NCBI GenBank assembly: GCA_038064495.1
Contig: JBBTSZ010000002.1
Span: 16,717-80,716, forward strand
Origin: Patescibacteria group bacterium
GTDB lineage: Bacteria; Patescibacteriota; Minisyncoccia; Phycocordibacterales; Phycocordibacteraceae
Reading direction: 5' to 3'
DNA length: 64,000 nucleotides
The translations under genes and the position numbers were made by a program. The stretch's first letter is position 1. Each line of letters begins with the position of its first letter. The notes below the pieces were generated by a model. The model saw only the letters and a list, made by a program, of their open reading frames with translations, was not told the origin of the DNA and ran no database searches. Shown piece by piece: positions 1-9,374 of the stretch.

Positions 1-534
1 AGTTGACTCGGTACAGGTGCTTGCACCAGGAACATTCTGGGCAGAAGTCCCTGAACTAGAAGCCCCGTTCTGAATATTTAACTGATTAAGATTACCAATC
101 TGCAAGCTCAAAATCTTCGGATTTATAAGTCCGAATACAATTGCAGGCGAGAGTACAAGCAGCAGGCCATAGAGTGTCTGCACAATAAGATGCCGAGCAT
201 CTTTCTTTTCTGTGATGCTGTCACCGCCCATGTACATAAGCCCTGCACGCATAAGTTGGAGCACTGCAATCACGGCCGCAAGACCAATACAAATTTTATA
301 AATATTATTAAGTACATTCGGAAGACTCTGTGAGTTACCAAACTGCTCAAAAATAGCTAAGTCAGTAAGGGGCTTAAACCCAGTTGAAGTGTCGGTGGGT
401 GCTGCCACGGGAGTAGGAGCTGCCGTGGCTGCATACACGAGGAGACTAAATGAACAGACTAGTATTCCTACAAAAAAAGGAACGACAAAAAGGGTCTTAA
501 CTATGGAAAGGTGTTTTTTAGACATAATGTTCAT
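1..534 (-). CDS. partial (3' end off-window) membrane protein: N-terminal signal/TM plus two further hydrophobic helices; last visible gene of the T4SS-like cluster
   Basis: Open frame on minus strand from ATG at 532-534 (second in-frame ATG at 523-525) to window edge; translation MNIMSKKHLSIVKTLFVVPFFVGILVCSFSLLVYAA... with hydrophobic segments; start is 1 nt after stop of upstream gene (536). Confidence 0.4.
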   Translation of the reverse strand, partial: MNIMSKKHLSIVKTLFVVPFFVGILVCSFSLLVYAATAAPTPVAAPTDTSTGFKPLTDLAIFEQFGNSQSLPNVLNNIYKICIGLAAVIAVLQLMRAGLMYMGGDSITEKKDARHLIVQTLYGLLLVLSPAIVFGLINPKILSLQIGNLNQLNIQNGASSSGTSAQNVPGASTCTEST

Positions 535-535
535 A

Positions 536-1513
536 TCAGAATCCGAATATACCTGAGCGAGGAGCTCCAAAAAGCACTGACAATAACGCAGAAGCACTTT
601 GATGAGTATCGCTGGTTTTTGCCCCGACGCCAACCGTAGCTGAACCAGCACCGCTACCCGTGCTTCTAATCGTAATACTCCTCGTTCCCCCACTACTCTG
701 ACCGTTCACGGTCCAGGTAATGGTTGGGTCTGCGCCAAAGAAGTACGGAACCACCGTCAGACTTTCTTCTGAATCAGTAAGGGTGTACGGACTCTTTAAT
801 GCATGACTAAAAAGTGTTCCAAGAAGCGCATCGGTTTTATAGATCCGAACAATAGGATCTACGGGAGCCACAAGCGTGCTTGCTTGCGCGACGATGGAGC
901 TGTCCAAATTTGTAACCGTGACTGTTATTTTGGCATCTCGATAGCGAACGGGAGCGGTGACTGAAAGCACCGAGCGACCAATACCTGATTGTTCCTGCAG
1001 TATCTGATCACCTGCTTTCCAGCTATAGACCAGGCTTGATTCCGGGATGCGAGTCCCAGCAGCGGTGCGCATATCTGCGATGGCTACAATATGTACCCTT
1101 CCTTCAGGTGCGATAAGGCCACCGCCTTCATAAAAGTAATGTGTGGTAGAAAGAGGTTCTTTCACGAGCGCAACATCTGCCGGACGCACACTAAGCGATT
1201 TGGTATATGTCTTCCCGCCGGTTGTTGCAGTCACCGTTATGGTCGTCGTTTGTCCCGGACCCCCAATGCCAATAGGCACACGCTCCACTCCACTCCCTTT
1301 TTGAACCACCTTCCCATTTACAGAAACAGTGACAACGCTTGCAGACAGGTCAATAACTGTGCTGTCGGCCGTTACAGTTACGGTTTCGTACGGACGAGGA
1401 TAGCCCGGGTTAATAGTGACGTTGAGGGGAGTGACGCCAGTAAATTGCGCGTGAGCTGGAAGCGCGCTGCATAAAAACACCAAGACGATAAGAGGACGAA
1501 AATGCCTCAGCAT
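536..1513 (-). CDS. secreted hypothetical protein (cleavable signal peptide, Thr/Val-rich beta-type)
   Basis: ORF 325 aa; N-terminus MLRHFRPLIVLVFLCSALPAHA^Q fits a Sec signal peptide; tightly packed in operon. Confidence 0.55.
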   Translation of the reverse strand: MLRHFRPLIVLVFLCSALPAHAQFTGVTPLNVTINPGYPRPYETVTVTADSTVIDLSASVVTVSVNGKVVQKGSGVERVPIGIGGPGQTTTITVTATTGGKTYTKSLSVRPADVALVKEPLSTTHYFYEGGGLIAPEGRVHIVAIADMRTAAGTRIPESSLVYSWKAGDQILQEQSGIGRSVLSVTAPVRYRDAKITVTVTNLDSSIVAQASTLVAPVDPIVRIYKTDALLGTLFSHALKSPYTLTDSEESLTVVPYFFGADPTITWTVNGQSSGGTRSITIRSTGSGAGSATVGVGAKTSDTHQSASALLSVLFGAPRSGIFGF

Positions 1514-1550
1514 GGCTACAGTATACCGTGAGAGACCCCTCGGGGTTTAG

Positions 1551-2096
1551 TTAACTGGGTATTGGTTGTTGCTCACTACGAGCACGTCGTGCTTGTCGCG
1601 CCTCAAGGTCCTTTTGTTGTTTCTCAACTCGGGCCTGTCGTATTTGATCTCGAGCACCTGCCCCAGCAGCACGAAGATTTGCAGCACGTAGTGCAATTTT
1701 TGCTTCAGGAGCCATTGCCCCGAGTGTTTTTCCGGCAAGGTGAGAGCCCGTACCTTTTGCGTTTTTCGCTGAATCTTCGTAACGAGTAATCATAATGAGT
1801 ACAATAGTTCCAAGTGTCAGCTCGGGGAGCATATCAAGGAACGGAATGAAGGTAATAACCGAAGTCGCCAGAATGGTTCCAAATTTAAGGAGTACATTTT
1901 TATTGAAATACTGAATACCCAGGAGCCGAAACCAAACCAAAAGACCAATCTCAACGGTTGCTCCGAGCATCATTGCGACAATGGCCCCGAAACCAGTTAA
2001 GTCAGCGAAGAACTGAATGATATCGGTAATACCAGCAAGGCTGACGAGAAGGATTGCACTGAGGCCCGATATTCGTTGCCTCGTTTGCTCACTCAT
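1551..2096 (-). CDS. small polytopic membrane protein with charged Ala/Arg-rich C-terminal tail
   Basis: ORF 181 aa, 3-4 hydrophobic helices; starts 4 nt after VirB4 stop (coupled). Confidence 0.5.
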   Translation of the reverse strand: MSEQTRQRISGLSAILLVSLAGITDIIQFFADLTGFGAIVAMMLGATVEIGLLVWFRLLGIQYFNKNVLLKFGTILATSVITFIPFLDMLPELTLGTIVLIMITRYEDSAKNAKGTGSHLAGKTLGAMAPEAKIALRAANLRAAGAGARDQIRQARVEKQQKDLEARQARRARSEQQPIPS

Positions 2097-2099
2097 AGG

Positions 2100-3929
2100 C
2101 TACGTGCCAGCGGGAGCACTCTCGGCACCCAATCGGTCCTTTTCTCGCTTAATGGCAAGGAGTTGCGATGGGTCTGAGGTGATGATCTGGTCCTCGGTGT
2201 AGGACGCCACTACCTTTATGGCGACATGCTTGAGACCAGCAAAGAACAATCCCTCTCCCACCCCACTTTCAAGAAGTAAGAACTTCTCTTGGTCAGTCAG
2301 GTTAAATGTATCTTTGAGCACATCAATCGTTGTTGGAGATTGCTTTAGGAGAAGTTGGATACTGGAGTTGGTGAGAATCGGCCTACCGTAGGGGCTCTTT
2401 AAGAAGTCTTCGACATCTTGGGTGATGGTTGCGAGCCCGAGGAAATACTTACGACCACGCTTCGCCATACTGAAAAGGAAGGATGCTGTGTCCTCAGACT
2501 TCATCATCCACCAGGCCTCATCAATAACGAGCAAACGTTTCTTAAGCTCATGGCGAACTGCGTTCCATATATAGTGCGTGATGATATACATCGCGATAGG
2601 TTTCAATTCATCCTCCATGTCACGGACCGAGAACACGACAAACTGTTTTTTTATATCTATATTTGACGGACGATTAATAAATCCAGCCCAGGTTCCCTTC
2701 GTGTATTTAGAAAGTCGCTGTACCAAGGACTCGCTCCCTGACATACCTGACAACACAGTCTCAAAATCTGAAAGGAGCGGCGGTTCAACACCGGTAAAGT
2801 CCACATCTCCCGTAATATCCTTCAGGGCATAGGTTTCCGTGATGGCACGGTCCACAATCGCATCCTCTTCAGGCGTAAGTCCCCCAAGCATAAGTCGGAA
2901 GAGCCCGACGAGATTAATGATGTTTGAGCGAAGAATATCTCCCGGTTCCTCATCTTCTTTTACGGGTGGGAGGTCAAACGGATTAATATGATGCTCTGAC
3001 GAGAGAGAAATGTTGAAGGTACGACCGCCGGTAGCTTCTGCAAGGTATTCGTATTCTTGCTCGGGGTCTATCACGATGACATCCGTATCAAACATGAGGG
3101 AGCGAAGAATTTCCAACTTAACTGCGTAGGACTTTCCAGAACCGGATTTTGCAAATACGACTGAGTTGTAGTTCTCAAGTGAGAAACGGTCAAAGAGTAT
3201 GAGGGACGCATTGTGGCGGTTAATACCGTAGAGAATGCCGCGGTCACTTGTGAGGTCAAACGAGACAAACGGAAAAATAGACGAAAGGGGAGACGAATTC
3301 AACTTGCTGTTGACGGCTAGCTCATCAAGAGCAAGGGGAAGTGTGGAGCGGAAGCCCTGCTCTTGTTGGAAGAGTGCAGGCTTGGTGTACACAAGCTTCG
3401 CATCAAGAATGCCTCTGACTTCCCCTTCCACCGTATCAAGTTCTTCTTTGGTGTTTCCATAGAGTGTAAGATACAGCCCCACATCAAAAAGTTTTTCCTC
3501 TGCTTGCTGGAGACGGTCACGAAGACTTTCAAGGTCCTGATAGGCCGTATCAAGAAGCGGGTCACGAACAAGCCCTTTCTCCTCTCGCTCTGAAATCTGG
3601 CTTTGTACTTCAGCCACCTTCTTTTGGAAGTTACGAAGAGCTGCTGCAGTCTCTACGGGATGCACAAAAAGCCCGATATCAAGCTCACGTGCAAGGTTAA
3701 TGATTTGCACGAACCACTCGTCCGTAAGGAAGCGCGGATAGGAGATGGTGTAAAAGGAACGAGAAAACTTTTCACCGAGCTCTATCTCCTTGGCCCCTAC
3801 CTTGAGCGCTGCTGGCGCAATAGCATCAGCCAAATCAAGTGCACCTTGCGCATAGATATCTTTCGGTAAGACCGGCGTGACGCTCGGAGCTTCTTTTTTA
3901 TTACGGTTGATGAAATCAAGAAGTGCCAT
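2100..3929 (-). CDS. virB4: VirB4/TrbE/CagE-family conjugal-transfer ATPase, C-terminal 609-aa portion (Walker A GSGKS, Walker B LLVIDEAWW)
   Basis: Motifs FAKSGSGKSYAVK and RLLVIDEAWWMM in translation; family assignment from established VirB4 signatures. Confidence 0.8.
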   Translation of the reverse strand: MALLDFINRNKKEAPSVTPVLPKDIYAQGALDLADAIAPAALKVGAKEIELGEKFSRSFYTISYPRFLTDEWFVQIINLARELDIGLFVHPVETAAALRNFQKKVAEVQSQISEREEKGLVRDPLLDTAYQDLESLRDRLQQAEEKLFDVGLYLTLYGNTKEELDTVEGEVRGILDAKLVYTKPALFQQEQGFRSTLPLALDELAVNSKLNSSPLSSIFPFVSFDLTSDRGILYGINRHNASLILFDRFSLENYNSVVFAKSGSGKSYAVKLEILRSLMFDTDVIVIDPEQEYEYLAEATGGRTFNISLSSEHHINPFDLPPVKEDEEPGDILRSNIINLVGLFRLMLGGLTPEEDAIVDRAITETYALKDITGDVDFTGVEPPLLSDFETVLSGMSGSESLVQRLSKYTKGTWAGFINRPSNIDIKKQFVVFSVRDMEDELKPIAMYIITHYIWNAVRHELKKRLLVIDEAWWMMKSEDTASFLFSMAKRGRKYFLGLATITQDVEDFLKSPYGRPILTNSSIQLLLKQSPTTIDVLKDTFNLTDQEKFLLLESGVGEGLFFAGLKHVAIKVVASYTEDQIITSDPSQLLAIKREKDRLGAESAPAGT

Positions 3930-3937
3930 ATAAAGAA

Positions 3938-4585
3938 TTAACGACTCGGGGCACCCCCCTCTCCAAAACGGATAGGACTTTCCATTTGGCCAATATTAAA
4001 CGAGCGATACATAAGTTCAATGGTCTCTTCCGTGTTGAGTGGCACGGCACGTATGCCCGCAGACGCGAGTCCTGCGGCAACAAGGGACATGCGCTGCTCT
4101 AACTGCACGCGATCTTCTTGGAACGAGTCACGCTCCCCTCCCCCGGTCCCTTTTTTCATACCCGGAAGAGAGAATGACTGAACCACCTTTGAGGTTCCTG
4201 ACGGGGTGTACGGAACAACGATATAAAACATCTTTGACATAATATCGGTTGAGTCGGTGAAGCCTCGCACAAACTGCATATATTCGCGCACCTGAATACG
4301 CATCAACTCACTCTGTTGTTTCTCCAAGCGCTCACTAAGGAGTGCGAGGTAGGGACGAATATCCATTTTCCGTGAGTGCACCACAATTTCAACGGTAAAA
4401 TCAAGTGTATTCAAAAACGATTGGAATCCACCAATGATTGCTTGCTGCTCGTCTTGAGATTTGAGCGAAAAGTTCAAGGATGAGCACATCATAATGCTCC
4501 GGTACCCATCATCTTTTAAAATAACGATACCGTTACGTACTTCCTTAACGGGTACAAAATCTTGAGTTGCTTGAGGTACAGCCAT
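3938..4585 (-). CDS. VirB4 N-terminal domain-like protein (215 aa); probably the N-terminal part of the same VirB4, separated by a frameshift in a G6 run
   Basis: N-terminus VPVKEVRNGIVILKDDGYRSIMM resembles VirB4/TrbE N-terminal domain; only 8 nt to next start with no RBS; adding one G to the GGGGGG run (minus strand, ~3954-3959) fuses frames to ~830 aa. Confidence 0.5.
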   Translation of the reverse strand: MAVPQATQDFVPVKEVRNGIVILKDDGYRSIMMCSSLNFSLKSQDEQQAIIGGFQSFLNTLDFTVEIVVHSRKMDIRPYLALLSERLEKQQSELMRIQVREYMQFVRGFTDSTDIMSKMFYIVVPYTPSGTSKVVQSFSLPGMKKGTGGGERDSFQEDRVQLEQRMSLVAAGLASAGIRAVPLNTEETIELMYRSFNIGQMESPIRFGEGGAPSR

Positions 4586-4588
4586 ACG

Positions 4589-5002
4589 TTATTTGGGAGC
4601 ATCCTGCTGATCTTTAATATCCAGTGACCAGGCCAATTCACGAAGCTTGTTCTGTGAAAGGCCGAGCTTCTGTCTTGTTTCAACAGGTGGAGCAACAGGA
4701 GCAACCTCCTCTACCTTCGGACTCGCGTCCTTCTTCCAAAGATAGAGCTTTCCCTTTGAATAGTAGGCAACGCCTGCCTCAATGATTTCTATAAAGCTTT
4801 TATTATTTATCTTATAGAACGCGAGTGCGGCAGAAAGAGCCGCAACGGGGATTGAAAGCGCTATACCAAGAAAGAGCGGTAGGTATAGAACGAAAATGGT
4901 GCACAAACCAGCACCCCCAGCGAGGTAGATGAATTGTTTGAGGGTAAACGGACCAAAAATCTTGTCCTCGACTTCAATAAATTGAGGTACCTGATACTCC
5001 AT
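4589..5002 (-). CDS. PrgI/VirB3-like small membrane protein
   Basis: 137 aa, N-terminus MEYQVPQFIEVEDKIFGPFT followed by two hydrophobic helices, positioned immediately upstream of VirB4 as in Gram-positive-type T4SS. Confidence 0.5.
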   Translation of the reverse strand: MEYQVPQFIEVEDKIFGPFTLKQFIYLAGGAGLCTIFVLYLPLFLGIALSIPVAALSAALAFYKINNKSFIEIIEAGVAYYSKGKLYLWKKDASPKVEEVAPVAPPVETRQKLGLSQNKLRELAWSLDIKDQQDAPK

Positions 5003-5050
5003 TACTCCCTAGTATATCAGGAGTTATAAGGTGCTTTGTATAAAACTACT

Positions 5051-5557
5051 CTAGTGATGGCCTCCTCCGTGCGACTTATCTTCTTTTTGACCCCCATGAC
5101 TACTACCTCCACCACCCATTTCCTTTGCTCTACCCCATGCTTGCCAAAAAAAGTGCCATAAAACACCAAAGACTCCACGACCAACACCAATCATTCGACT
5201 AAAAATACCACTATGCTCTCCGTGACTTTCATGAGATGAATGATTACTGACTTCCTCCCCACCTCTCTTACTTGTACTGCTTTCAACTACGTGATTTGGT
5301 TGTTCAGCTGATTCTGGAGTATCTGAGTCAGTAGCTTCTTCACCTCCAGCCGGACCCTCCTCTACTACTGTATATTCCCCATCGACTATTTGGTCACGAG
5401 CATCGAGGTTTCCTCGAATTTCATCGAGCCGCTCCTTTGGAGCCTCAGTATTTGCAGGTACGGGCGGCTGATACGGCACTACATCACGAGACTCACCTTC
5501 CTCAGGGTTCTGTGGTGGCTCCTCGTGGCTACCATTTCCTGGTGGGTTTTCAGACAT
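5051..5557 (-). CDS. acidic Gly/His/Glu-rich low-complexity protein with hydrophobic C-terminal segment
   Basis: ORF 168 aa, compositionally biased; within operon. Confidence 0.35.
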   Translation of the reverse strand: MSENPPGNGSHEEPPQNPEEGESRDVVPYQPPVPANTEAPKERLDEIRGNLDARDQIVDGEYTVVEEGPAGGEEATDSDTPESAEQPNHVVESSTSKRGGEEVSNHSSHESHGEHSGIFSRMIGVGRGVFGVLWHFFWQAWGRAKEMGGGGSSHGGQKEDKSHGGGHH

Positions 5558-5594
5558 GGTTCTAGCCTAGCAAGTAGTCTGCCTGATTGCACAC

Positions 5595-6686
5595 CTAGTG
5601 GAGGGGCTCACGGTACGGGTCTGCACCATAGCTTTCCACAGGATTACTAGGAGAAGCTGCTGAAACTTGCTGCGCAGGAAGAGGTGGAGCGGTAACCGCT
5701 GAGTGTGCAGCAGGTGCTTGAGGACCACCAAACCACGAAGAAGTGCTTTGTTCATGTGGATGAAGCTTTTCTTCCTCCATATCATGAGCCATCGTCCGCA
5801 TTCTTGGCTGTGAAGATTGTGGATTTGGAACGTAGGTATCCGCAGGTGGATTCGGCCTTAGGACAGCTACTTCAGGAGGGACGGGTGCTTGTAGCGGAGG
5901 GGTGACGACCGGCGGTGGTACTGACTGAGCTTGTACCGAAGGCCGAGCAGGAGGTGCCGGAACTACAGGAGGGATAGGTGCTGGAGTCACGGCCGGGGAG
6001 GAGTTCTTCAACATGGAAGGTATTTCAAGGTCATGCATTGGGACGCTAAATCTCTCCGCAAGTGACTTTGCGGAAGAAGCCGTTCCAGTAGGGGTCGAGT
6101 TAGGTGTAATTAAATTAATAGAACGTGGAGGAGTTGTCTCAGCGGGAGCTGAAGGAGCGACAGGAGCAGGGCTCGGTGGAACTATTGCCGGCGCGGGAGG
6201 AGGCGCTGCTGAAATGGCTGGAGGATATGGTGGAGTGCCGGTCGGTAAATTTTGCGGAACTTGCGGCCTCAGTGGAGGCGGAGTAACAGCTATAGGAGTA
6301 ACTACAGGCATTTTCTGAGTAATAGTTACAGGAGGTATCTCAACTGCAGGTGCCCCACTCACTGCTCCAGCCTCTTTCACTTTCTTATTAAGTGGCACGA
6401 ACACCTTCTCATTCAAATCCTTTACGAGATGTTCTGCTACGTCAGCGGGAAGTCCAAGTTCAAGTAGCCCACCATAAAACTCTGTAGGACTTACTAAACC
6501 AAGTAAAGTATTTCGAATTAGTCCCGTTACATTACCAACTATATCTACATGTAGTTGGTAGTTCTTCTGAAGATTAATAACAAAATCAAGCACAGTTTCA
6601 CCACTTAATTCTCCTTGCACAGCCAGCGGAGCCTTGCTGTAGGCTTCTAAAACTTCTTGCTCAGTGAATTGTTTCATATCAAACAC
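5595..6686 (-). CDS. proline-rich protein (N-terminal globular domain + ~250 aa P/A/V-rich region)
   Basis: ORF 363 aa; stop/start abutting neighbours. Confidence 0.5.
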   Translation of the reverse strand: MFDMKQFTEQEVLEAYSKAPLAVQGELSGETVLDFVINLQKNYQLHVDIVGNVTGLIRNTLLGLVSPTEFYGGLLELGLPADVAEHLVKDLNEKVFVPLNKKVKEAGAVSGAPAVEIPPVTITQKMPVVTPIAVTPPPLRPQVPQNLPTGTPPYPPAISAAPPPAPAIVPPSPAPVAPSAPAETTPPRSINLITPNSTPTGTASSAKSLAERFSVPMHDLEIPSMLKNSSPAVTPAPIPPVVPAPPARPSVQAQSVPPPVVTPPLQAPVPPEVAVLRPNPPADTYVPNPQSSQPRMRTMAHDMEEEKLHPHEQSTSSWFGGPQAPAAHSAVTAPPLPAQQVSAASPSNPVESYGADPYREPLH

Positions 6687-9374
6687 CTAAATAATTCCAC
6701 CCCAGCGCCTCCCTGCATCTGGATTCAAAGCTACCCCGCTGGTCATTCCAGTAAGAGCATCAAACCTAACAACTTCAGGTGAAGGTGCACCCGGTGCGGT
6801 GATGAGATTACGTATGTTGGTGATCGCAGTTCCGCTTAATTTATTTGGATCAAGAGCTGCAAGCTGTTCGCCTCGCATAGACCGAATAACATGATTCTGC
6901 TCAATAACAGAAGTAGGAAGCTTACTCACGCTCTCGTTTGTCAAAATGTTCAGTGTGTTCGGTGCATTCGCAACCGAGAAAAGATGGTTCCGGACATCGT
7001 TCATCGTGTTTGCACTCAATTTTCCAAAATCAATATTGTTAATTCGACCCGATGCAGTTAGAGCGTTCAGAGTATCTGTCTTCTTTAAGTTGTATTCAGG
7101 TATTTTCTTGAGAGCATCATCCGACATCGCATCAATGGTTACCCGAGCTCGTACCGGGTCATTGAAACGGTCATCACGAGCCTGTTGGAAGCCGTCTCGA
7201 ACGGACTGAGCGATATTTTTATTACTACCCACTTTATCGGCTTGGTCTTCCCGAACTACTGAGACAAAGTCGTAATCGCTTAATAACGAAGCACTTGCCT
7301 TCGATTGTGCAATTTGCTCAAAGCCTCGTTCACCCAATTTCTTAATCGCTGCATTAGCAGCATCACGAGCAGCAGTCCGTATCGGTGGAGCTTTCGTTGC
7401 ATCATTTGCTATGGCGAGACTCTCGCGAATCCCAACGTGGCGATTATCAAGCAGTCTTGCCTTCAGGTCCTCTGGCGTATCCTTGTACTTTAGAAGACTG
7501 CCAATTTTCTCATCAGAGAAAGCTTCAGCAACAGCTCTCCCTCCTTCTTGTACGGCATGTGATTTAAGTAGTTGTTCTTCTGAAAGCCCGTTAAGGAAAG
7601 TGGTTGTCTCTGCACTAAGAGCTCCTGCACGCGCTTCATCCTCAAGTTTTTGGAACGCCACTTCGTCGTCATACTTTTTCTTTAGCCCCTTGCCATACGT
7701 CCCGCTCTTAGCATCTGCAAAGACATGTCTAGTATCACTAAAGGTCGCGCCCTTGGATGGAATTGCTCCCGCCTTTATATCAGCGAGACCGAGTGCAGTC
7801 TGTGCAAGAGGGAGCCGTCGCGCATCAAGATTAGCACTTTGAAGCGGGCGCAGGATACGATTTACGGCAACTTGCCCGACCTTACCCCCGAACCCAGTTT
7901 TTTGCTGGAAACGTTGGAGTCCATACGCGTATCCTCCTACAGCCAGATTTGTTCCACGCGTCATGGTTCCAAACACAAGCGCACTCGCCGAGTTAACTGC
8001 AAAGTTTGAACCAAGCACACCCATACGACGTGAGGCGATGAGAGACATCATCATGAATCCGATAACAATGAAGAACAACACAAACGCTTGAAGATTTTGC
8101 GAAGCTCCAGCTACTGCCCCACCTGCGACAGCCTGCCCCAGATCACCCGTGGTACCAAGTCCAGAGCCAATCTTGATACTAATAAGAATGAGTAGCAGGT
8201 ATACCGGAGCAAAAAATGATTCGTTAAGAAGAAGACTCCACCAACGTTCAGCAAGTTTATGAAGTAAAGGCACTGCCATACCCGCAAAACCTATAGGAGA
8301 CGTCACAATTAAGAACACGAGAACAACCGCACGGCTGATAAGCATAATAGTCCCTGCGAGCAAGACAATCGCCACAATAGTGATGAGCAAAGAGTAAATC
8401 AACAAAAGAGTGATTTTCTCAAGAGGAGAACTACCTGTGGTAGAAGGGTCCGATCTAAAACCAAGAAACGTAGAACCACCGGTTAATTGCATAATCTGCC
8501 CCGAAATACCTTCATTAGCGCACGTCGTTGAGTCAGCACCAGTACAATTTGTACCAGCCTGTTCCGCAAGGACTGATGAGAAACCGTTAGCCACGTCAAT
8601 CACTGCTTCTGCAGCAAACAAACTAAAGTTAAGCAGTATCGCAAAGATAATAAGAGCAGGCAGCGCTCGCTTTGCCGTGAACTCCGACCGTTCAAGATTT
8701 AAAATAGTACTGACGCCCATGAAGATGAATCCGAATAAGAGAACTATATTGCCAACGTCTCGGAGTACTCCCCATGCAATCAAAAGACCTTCCGAGTTAC
8801 CAAAGTACTGAGCAAACTCAAATACCGTTTTGATAATGGTCCAGTTAAAAACGACACCGACAATCGTAAGAATCCATCCCGCAAGCGTAAACACTGCATA
8901 GCTAAGTGGGTAGAGTGTGACAGCAAGAAAACTATCTGCCAACCATCCAAACACGTCCGGGAATACTGAACTTGTTTCACTCGTACAACTTCCGTTCGCT
9001 GCACAGTTCGTGGTCGTACTCGCGAAATAGTTATTTTGAGAACCGGTTGAACCTAACAGTTTTCCAGAGGCATCTTTTGCAGTACACCCCTCATCCGAGA
9101 CGGCTGCTTCAGCACCACCACCAGCGGTACAGGTTGCGGTGCTACCAGCAGGATTTGTACAAGTATAGACCGTACTACCGAAACTGATCTCTGAAGTACA
9201 CGTCCAACCAGTACCGTACTTACCGGGGTTATTTGTGAGTGCCTCGGGCACGGTAGCTGCAAGGGTAATAGGGGCAACGCCAAATAAAACAAACAAGAAA
9301 GCAGTCCCCAGAAGAGCTCTACCCATCTTTTTTTGTATTAGGAAAGTGTTCACGGCAAGTGAAGCTATATACAA
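6687..9374 (-). CDS. VirB6/TrbL-like polytopic membrane protein with signal peptide and long soluble C-terminal extension
   Basis: 895 aa; N-terminal signal, Cys/Thr-rich ectodomain, then >=6 hydrophobic helices, then ~400 aa charged/alpha-helical tail; topology typical of VirB6-family channel proteins (inference). Confidence 0.5.
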   Translation of the reverse strand: MYIASLAVNTFLIQKKMGRALLGTAFLFVLFGVAPITLAATVPEALTNNPGKYGTGWTCTSEISFGSTVYTCTNPAGSTATCTAGGGAEAAVSDEGCTAKDASGKLLGSTGSQNNYFASTTTNCAANGSCTSETSSVFPDVFGWLADSFLAVTLYPLSYAVFTLAGWILTIVGVVFNWTIIKTVFEFAQYFGNSEGLLIAWGVLRDVGNIVLLFGFIFMGVSTILNLERSEFTAKRALPALIIFAILLNFSLFAAEAVIDVANGFSSVLAEQAGTNCTGADSTTCANEGISGQIMQLTGGSTFLGFRSDPSTTGSSPLEKITLLLIYSLLITIVAIVLLAGTIMLISRAVVLVFLIVTSPIGFAGMAVPLLHKLAERWWSLLLNESFFAPVYLLLILISIKIGSGLGTTGDLGQAVAGGAVAGASQNLQAFVLFFIVIGFMMMSLIASRRMGVLGSNFAVNSASALVFGTMTRGTNLAVGGYAYGLQRFQQKTGFGGKVGQVAVNRILRPLQSANLDARRLPLAQTALGLADIKAGAIPSKGATFSDTRHVFADAKSGTYGKGLKKKYDDEVAFQKLEDEARAGALSAETTTFLNGLSEEQLLKSHAVQEGGRAVAEAFSDEKIGSLLKYKDTPEDLKARLLDNRHVGIRESLAIANDATKAPPIRTAARDAANAAIKKLGERGFEQIAQSKASASLLSDYDFVSVVREDQADKVGSNKNIAQSVRDGFQQARDDRFNDPVRARVTIDAMSDDALKKIPEYNLKKTDTLNALTASGRINNIDFGKLSANTMNDVRNHLFSVANAPNTLNILTNESVSKLPTSVIEQNHVIRSMRGEQLAALDPNKLSGTAITNIRNLITAPGAPSPEVVRFDALTGMTSGVALNPDAGRRWGGII

